A DNA stretch of 40,466 nt from Octopus bimaculoides. Taxonomy: Eukaryota. Below, piece after piece: positions 35,337-40,466 of the stretch. The stretch lies in NCBI RefSeq assembly GCF_001194135.2, contig NC_068987.1, forward strand, positions 12,019,726-12,060,191, written 5' to 3'. Both the position numbers and the translations under genes were made by a program. Each line of letters opens with the position of its first letter. The first letter of the stretch is position 1. The notes below the pieces were generated by a model, which did not search any database, was not told where the DNA came from, and saw nothing but the letters and a program-made list of their open reading frames with translations.

Positions 35337-35850
35337 NNNNNNNNNNNNNNNNNNNNNNNNNNNNNNNNNNNNNNNNNNNNNNNNNNNNNNNNNNNNNNNN
35401 NNNNNNNNNNNNNNNNNNNNNNNNNNNNNNNNNNNNNNNNNNNNNNNNNNNNNNNNNNNNNNNNNNNNNNNNNNNNNNNNNNNNNNNNNNNNNNNNNNNN
35501 NNNNNNNNNNNNNNNNNNNNNNNNNNNNNNNNNNNNNNNNNNNNNNNNNNNNNNNNNNNNNNNNNNNNNNNNNNNNNNNNNNNNNNNNNNNNNNNNNNNN
35601 NNNNNNNNNNNNNNNNNNNNNNNNNNNNNNNNNNNNNNNNNNNNNNNNNNNNNNNNNNNNNNNNNNNNNNNNNNNNNNNNNNNNNNNNNNNNNNNNNNNN
35701 NNNNNNNNNNNNNNNNNNNTGGCGTAGTGGGGTCATAGGGTTATAAGGATTGTTATTCATTTCTAATTTATTTATCTCTCTATCATCTATTGAATCTGAG
35801 ACTAGAAGACTGTATCTATTTTGAATAAAGAACAAGAGTGAGAGGTAGGG

Positions 35851-36387
35851 TGGTGGGTGGTAGGTGAGAGGAAACGAGAGCCGGGTGACAGCAGGGCGGG
35901 TGCTGGGGGAGAGAGCAGATGCACGGTCCACAGAACGTGCTCTGGCAAGGGCGGTGTGGATAGTGGTGAAGGGATATCCACGTAGGATGAAGTGGCGAGA
36001 CATTAGTTGAGACTGAGTCTCAAAGTCATGGTCATCACTGCAGAGCCTGCCTAGACGGAGGAATTGGGAATAGGGGATGGAGAACTCGGTGTGTTTAGGG
36101 TGGGAGGAGGAGAAGTTGAGGTATGAGTGGGAGTCTGTGTGTTTGTAGTGGATGGAGGTGGTGAGAGTCGAGAGATGAATGTTGACCGAAATATCGAGGA
36201 AGGCGACTGAGGTGTCGGAAATAGTGCAGAAGTGGAGGGCAGGATGGAAGGATTTGACAAAAGAGAGGAAGGAGTCTAGATGTTCGCGGGAGAGTGAGGT
36301 CGCACCGATACAGTCGGCAATATAACGACCGTATAGTCCAGGAGTGGGACCAGTGAAACTTGTGAATATTTGGGCCTCAACGTAGCT
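35851..36387 (-). mobile_element. Penelope-like element reverse transcriptase fragment (stop-free, 179 codons)
   Basis: YGRYIAD (RYIDD motif with D>A), FHPALHF, VAFLDISV, SIHYKHTDSHSYLNFSSSHP, SIPYSQFLRL, RGYP, PLTYHP - motifs typical of PLE RT core, thumb and linker. Confidence 0.9.
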
Positions 36388-36845
36388 ATACAAATACACA
36401 CACACATATGTTTATGTAAGTATATATATGTGTACACGTTCACAGACATACATGTATACATATATACTTATAAGTAAGTGTTTGCATGTTAATACAGTAT
36501 ATTAATAATGTGAAATTCAATGTAGTACTAATGTCACGACAAATTAGTTTTCTTTAAAAATTTGATACGAGCAGTTACTACTATTATGCTTTTAAAGTGT
36601 TCTTGGAAACTAGATTGCACAATTCGACGATGTTCATTTCGATTAATATCAATTTGGTTTATTTTCATCTTGATCAATATAGATATTTAGAATACTTTTC
36701 TGCATCATGAAATTCCTAGGTTCCATATAAATTGCAGCAGAGTCAATAATTGTATCTCTTTCTCGTCAGCTTGTGTGTATTATTTTGAAAGTATGGTGCA
36801 TTCTACTCAATCATTCTCTATTCAGACTGACGGCTGTAGTTAATT

Positions 36846-36865
36846 TACACACACACACACACACA

Positions 36866-36906
<41 letters not shown>

Positions 36907-37263
36907 ACACACACACTATAAATATATATATATGTATGTATAATATAATATATATATATGCATGTACATATATGTGTGCGTGTGAGTGTGCGNNNNNNNN
37001 NNNNNNNNNNNNNNNNNNNNNNNNNNNNNNNNNNNNNNNNNNNNNNNNNNNNNNNNNNNNNNNNNNNNNNNNNNNNNNNNNNNNNNNNNNNNNNNNNNNN
37101 NNNNNNNNNNNNNNNNNNNNNNNNNNNNNNNNNNNNNNNNNNNNNNNNNNNNNNNNNNNNNNNNNNNNNNNNNNNNNNNNNNNNNNNNNNNNNNNNNNNN
37201 NNNNNNNNNNNNNNNNNNNNNNNNNNNNNNNNNNNNNNNNNNNNNNNNNNNNNNNNNNNNNNN

Positions 37264-37312
<49 letters not shown>
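36846..37312. repeat. (CA)n/(TA)n/(TG)n microsatellites around an N-gap
   Basis: Directly visible. Confidence 0.93.
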
Positions 37313-37315
<3 letters not shown>

Positions 37316-37632
37316 GATGGGCTTCTTTCAGTTTCCACTCACCTATTTTATTGTACTGACCCCGAAGGAATGAAAGATAATGCTGACGTCAGAAGGTAAA
37401 GAGCCTAAATATCGTAGAGCATAAATTAGTAAATTTAGCGATTCAAATTGCAACATCAGACATGCATTTACAACATTTTCTCCTCAGTTGGCTATGCGTT
37501 TCCAAAAAGGAGCAATACATAAAATATATTAGGTGTAAATCACTTAGCAACAACATTATAATTTTATACTCACAAGGCTTTGGTCGGCTCGAGGCTATAG
37601 TAGAAGACACTTGCCCAAGGTGCCACGCAGTG
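37311..37632 (-). mobile_element. Family-A SINE head fragment split by a 225-bp insert
   Basis: TACGATGGGCTTCTTTCAGTTTCC-ACTCAC | insert | ACTCAC-AAGGCTTTGGTCGG..CCCAAGGTGCCACGCAGTG. Confidence 0.75.
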
Positions 37633-38023
37633 AGATATATATACATAAACACACAGAAACAAGCATGTAAATACATGCATTCATATGTACTTACATATAA
37701 ACATACAAATCCAATAGCAGCCATGGTAAAATCTTTTGTTCAACTTAATGTTTAGCCGGTCGTAAGTTTCATAAGCTTCTTTAAGTATGTAAACAGCGGG
37801 TGTAGATTTTCTAGACTAAGTGTTTTTGAAAGATTAAGTTTGCTTTTGAAGTCTACAATACTTATTAGTGCACGGAAATTAATTAGTATTTTATATTAAT
37901 AAATATGAAAAGAGTCTACGGAGCTTTTGATGCTTGTATGATATTAGAATTAGGATGTTATATCGATAAAAGAGGACATTATACATTAAAGGTATCGGTT
38001 TTGGACTCGTTGATGTTTAACTA

Positions 38024-38065
38024 TCAGCAGCAACAGCAGCAGCAGCAGTGGCAGTTACGGTGGTG

Positions 38066-38128
<63 letters not shown>

Positions 38129-38150
38129 TGATGATGATGATGATGATGAT
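38024..38150. repeat. Compound trinucleotide array (CAG)n-(GTA)n-(GAT)n
   Basis: Directly visible. Confidence 0.95.
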
Positions 38151-38639
38151 TGAGATATGCTGCAACGAGGACAATGAGCTGATCTGGTGTCGAGAAGTGA
38201 GTGAATGAAGGTGGACAGAAATATTCAACAACGTTTTGAAGCATATGAAGTATATATTTCAAAGTATATGTATATATGTATATATATGTATGCATATATA
38301 NNNNNNNNNNNNNNNNNNNNNNNNNNNNNNNNNNNNNNNNNNNNNNNNNNNNNNNNNNNNNNNNNNNNNNNNNNNNNNNNNNNNNNNNNNNNNNNNNNNN
38401 NNNNNNNNNNNNNNNNNNNNNNNNNNNNNNNNNNNNNNNNNNNNNNNNNNNNNNNNNNNNNNNNNNNNNNNNNNNNNNNNNNNNNNNNNNNNNNNNNNNN
38501 NNNNNNNNNNNNNNNNNNNNNNNNNNNNNNNNNNNNNNNNNNNNNNNNNNNNNNNNNNNNNNNNNNNNNNTATATACAAGGAGGACACCTGTGTGTTAAA
38601 TTCCGTTTTCTAATTTGCTTCTGTTAAAGATTCCATGAT

Positions 38640-38770
38640 TTTTTTTCGTATGTGTTGATCTTTGCCTTTCATCCTTTTGGGGCACTAGAATAAAATATCA
38701 GTCAAGTATTAGAGTCGACTACAACCTTCCCCTCAAACTTTTGTCCTGCACCAAAATTAGAAAGGTTTCT
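38640..38770 (+). mobile_element. Family-B SINE core/tail fragment
   Basis: CTTTGCCTTTCATCCTTTTGGGG..GAGTCGAC..CCCCTCAAA. Confidence 0.6.
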
Positions 38771-38789
38771 TTCAATATTCTTTATTGTG

Positions 38790-39015
38790 TAAGGGGGTGG
38801 GGGGCTGACAGAAACGTTAGCACGCCAAGTGAAATGATTAGCAGTATTTCGCCTGTCTTTACGTTCTGAGTTCATATTCCGCCGAGGTCGACTTTACCTT
38901 TCATCCTTTCGGGGTTGGTTAAATAAAAAACAGTTTAGCACTGGGTCCAATGAAATTTGCCTAGCCTCTTCTTATCACATTTCAGGCCTTTTGTCTATAG
39001 TGGAAAAAATTGTTA
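38790..39015 (+). mobile_element. Family-B SINE
   Basis: GACAGAAACGTTAGCACGCC..TTCTGAGTTCATATTCCGCCGAGGTCGACTTTACCTTTCATCCTTTCGGGG. Confidence 0.9.
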
Positions 39016-39876
39016 TCTGTATATATAAAAGTCAGGATGTGTGTGTGTGTACGTGAATGTAATTTATGCACGTCCACAAATTAGCACGCATATCACTCCA
39101 ATTTTAGGAGGACATTCATCATGACCCTAGCTGTATTTTCGTCAACTTATTTTCCCCAGAGGCACCAGCGAATAGCAGTAAAAATAAATTTTCAACCAAA
39201 ACTTTTAACAATTTTCAAGTCGGACAAATCCACCATTGTTTACAACAGGAGTTAAGTCCCCTTCTAGCGACGAGCAAGTTTTTAAGAATTGTGTTGTGTT
39301 TTTTCCCATCGATGAAAAAAGTGTTTTGTTGATATACGAGCAACACACACGCACATATACGAACATGTATGCGTACAAAAAATATATATGAAACTGGTGT
39401 ACGTACGTGCGTGTGTGTGTGTGTTGTCCATATATATATACACACACACGCACATATACGAACATGTATGCGTACAAAAATATATATGAAACTGGTGTAC
39501 GTACGTGCGTGTGTGTGTGCGTTGTCCATATATATACACACACACACGCAAATACTTAAGACTTAGTTGTGATTTGAACATAACCGCTTCTGAAAGAGAG
39601 AATCCGGAGCCCTTTTAGGCATTCTATTTTCCTTGCTGGAAGGGTTCCCAACCCATGAGCAATGAGGGGTTAGATGATGGCGGTGGTGTTTTCAAAGGGC
39701 TGGCATGTGTAACCTGATCACCTCTGCCGATCAAACTCCCAACCCATGCGCTCTCGTCGCGACACTGATTCTGCCCAAATTTGACGTCGATGTTACTTAG
39801 TTTGGTTTGAAATAAAGAACTTGGTTAGCTTAATAATCCTAACTTAATCTCGGGCAAAGCCGGGCTATACTGCTAG
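39016..39876 (+). mobile_element. Non-autonomous Helitron (861 bp), both ends present
   Basis: A|TCTGTATATATAAAA 5' end; 3' end CTCGGGCAAAGCCGGG hairpin, 8 nt, then CTAG|T; inserted between A and T with no TSD. Confidence 0.8.
39343..39550 (+). repeat. Near-perfect ~98-99 bp tandem duplication (about 2.1 copies) inside the Helitron
   Basis: GCACATATACGAACATGTATGCGTAC..AAACTGGTGTACGTACG at 39351 and 39450. Confidence 0.95.
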
Positions 39877-40298
39877 TCACTATCATGTTGCAAAACGTGA
39901 ATAGGAATACACTTAAAAACATCAATACAACAATTTTGGTGACGAAATCAAATAAACAATGGATGTTTGAAACGAGATAGTTCATCAATGATCGTAATTA
40001 AGAAAGTATATTCTTTATTTGTTTTATATATTGATCTCAATGGATCATAGAAAATATCTGTTAACGACCTCTGAATACCGAAACTTATTGAAAACGACAT
40101 ATTTTTAGTTGTTTTAAACGTAGGTGTAACCATGCATAGTGTCTATCTGTTAATGCATCACTAGTAAATTCAAAAATATATACGCACGCAAATACACCCA
40201 CGCGTCATATATACATAAGTGTGTATATGTGTGCGTGCATTGTAAATGACTGTGAATACACACTCATACACACATCCCCTCACACAAACACATATTTA

Positions 40299-40413
40299 TA
40301 AAAGCATTCACACCTCCCAACAACACACATATATATATATACATTTAACATATATACATATATACATGTATGTATATATGTATGTATATATATGGGAGGT
40401 GGTAATGCTTTTA
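40299..40413. repeat. Inverted repeat (19/21 bp arms) around a TA-rich spacer
   Basis: TAAAAGCATTCACACCTCCCA (40299-40319) vs TGGGAGGTGGTAATGCTTTTA (40393-40413). Confidence 0.85.
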
Positions 40414-40466
40414 CATATATATATGTGTGTGTGTGTGTATGTACGTGTATATATATATATATATAT

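Noticed and set aside
35194-36405. 403-aa ORF as an intact gene
   Set aside because: About 130 codons are N-gap and the rest beyond the RT fragment is unrelated flank; only 35851-36387 is homologous to PLE RT.
32598-38627. Many YI/HT/CV-repeat and X-rich ORFs
   Set aside because: They are microsatellite and assembly-gap artefacts.

Overview
AT-rich, repeat-dense eukaryotic DNA with many microsatellite-flanked N-gaps. The SINE families resemble, from memory, those of octopod cephalopods (Octopus-like); this is an inference and was not searched. I find no convincing host protein-coding gene, and most listed ORFs are microsatellite, low-complexity or N-gap artefacts. The recognisable content is transposable-element debris: (1) about 25 full or partial tRNA-derived SINE copies, given working labels A (~410 bp, bipartite with a central microsatellite), B (~220 bp) and C/D/E (one shared core, different tails); (2) four decayed mariner (DD34D-type) 3' remnants; (3) a 179-codon stop-free Penelope-like RT fragment; (4) an R4/Dong-like LINE 3' end lying between (TAA)n arrays and an RTE-like LINE tail; (5) an apparently complete 861-bp non-autonomous Helitron; (6) a degenerate hAT-like MITE; (7) a tRNA-Asp-derived short element that carries the family-A SINE tail. 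I see no clear evidence of a new enzymatic system. The most interesting observations concern element architecture: the tRNA-Asp mini-SINE, the cargo-bearing Helitron, an inverted SINE cluster with an internal 14x20-bp minisatellite, mariner truncations that all abut SINEs, and a long hairpin near the window end.
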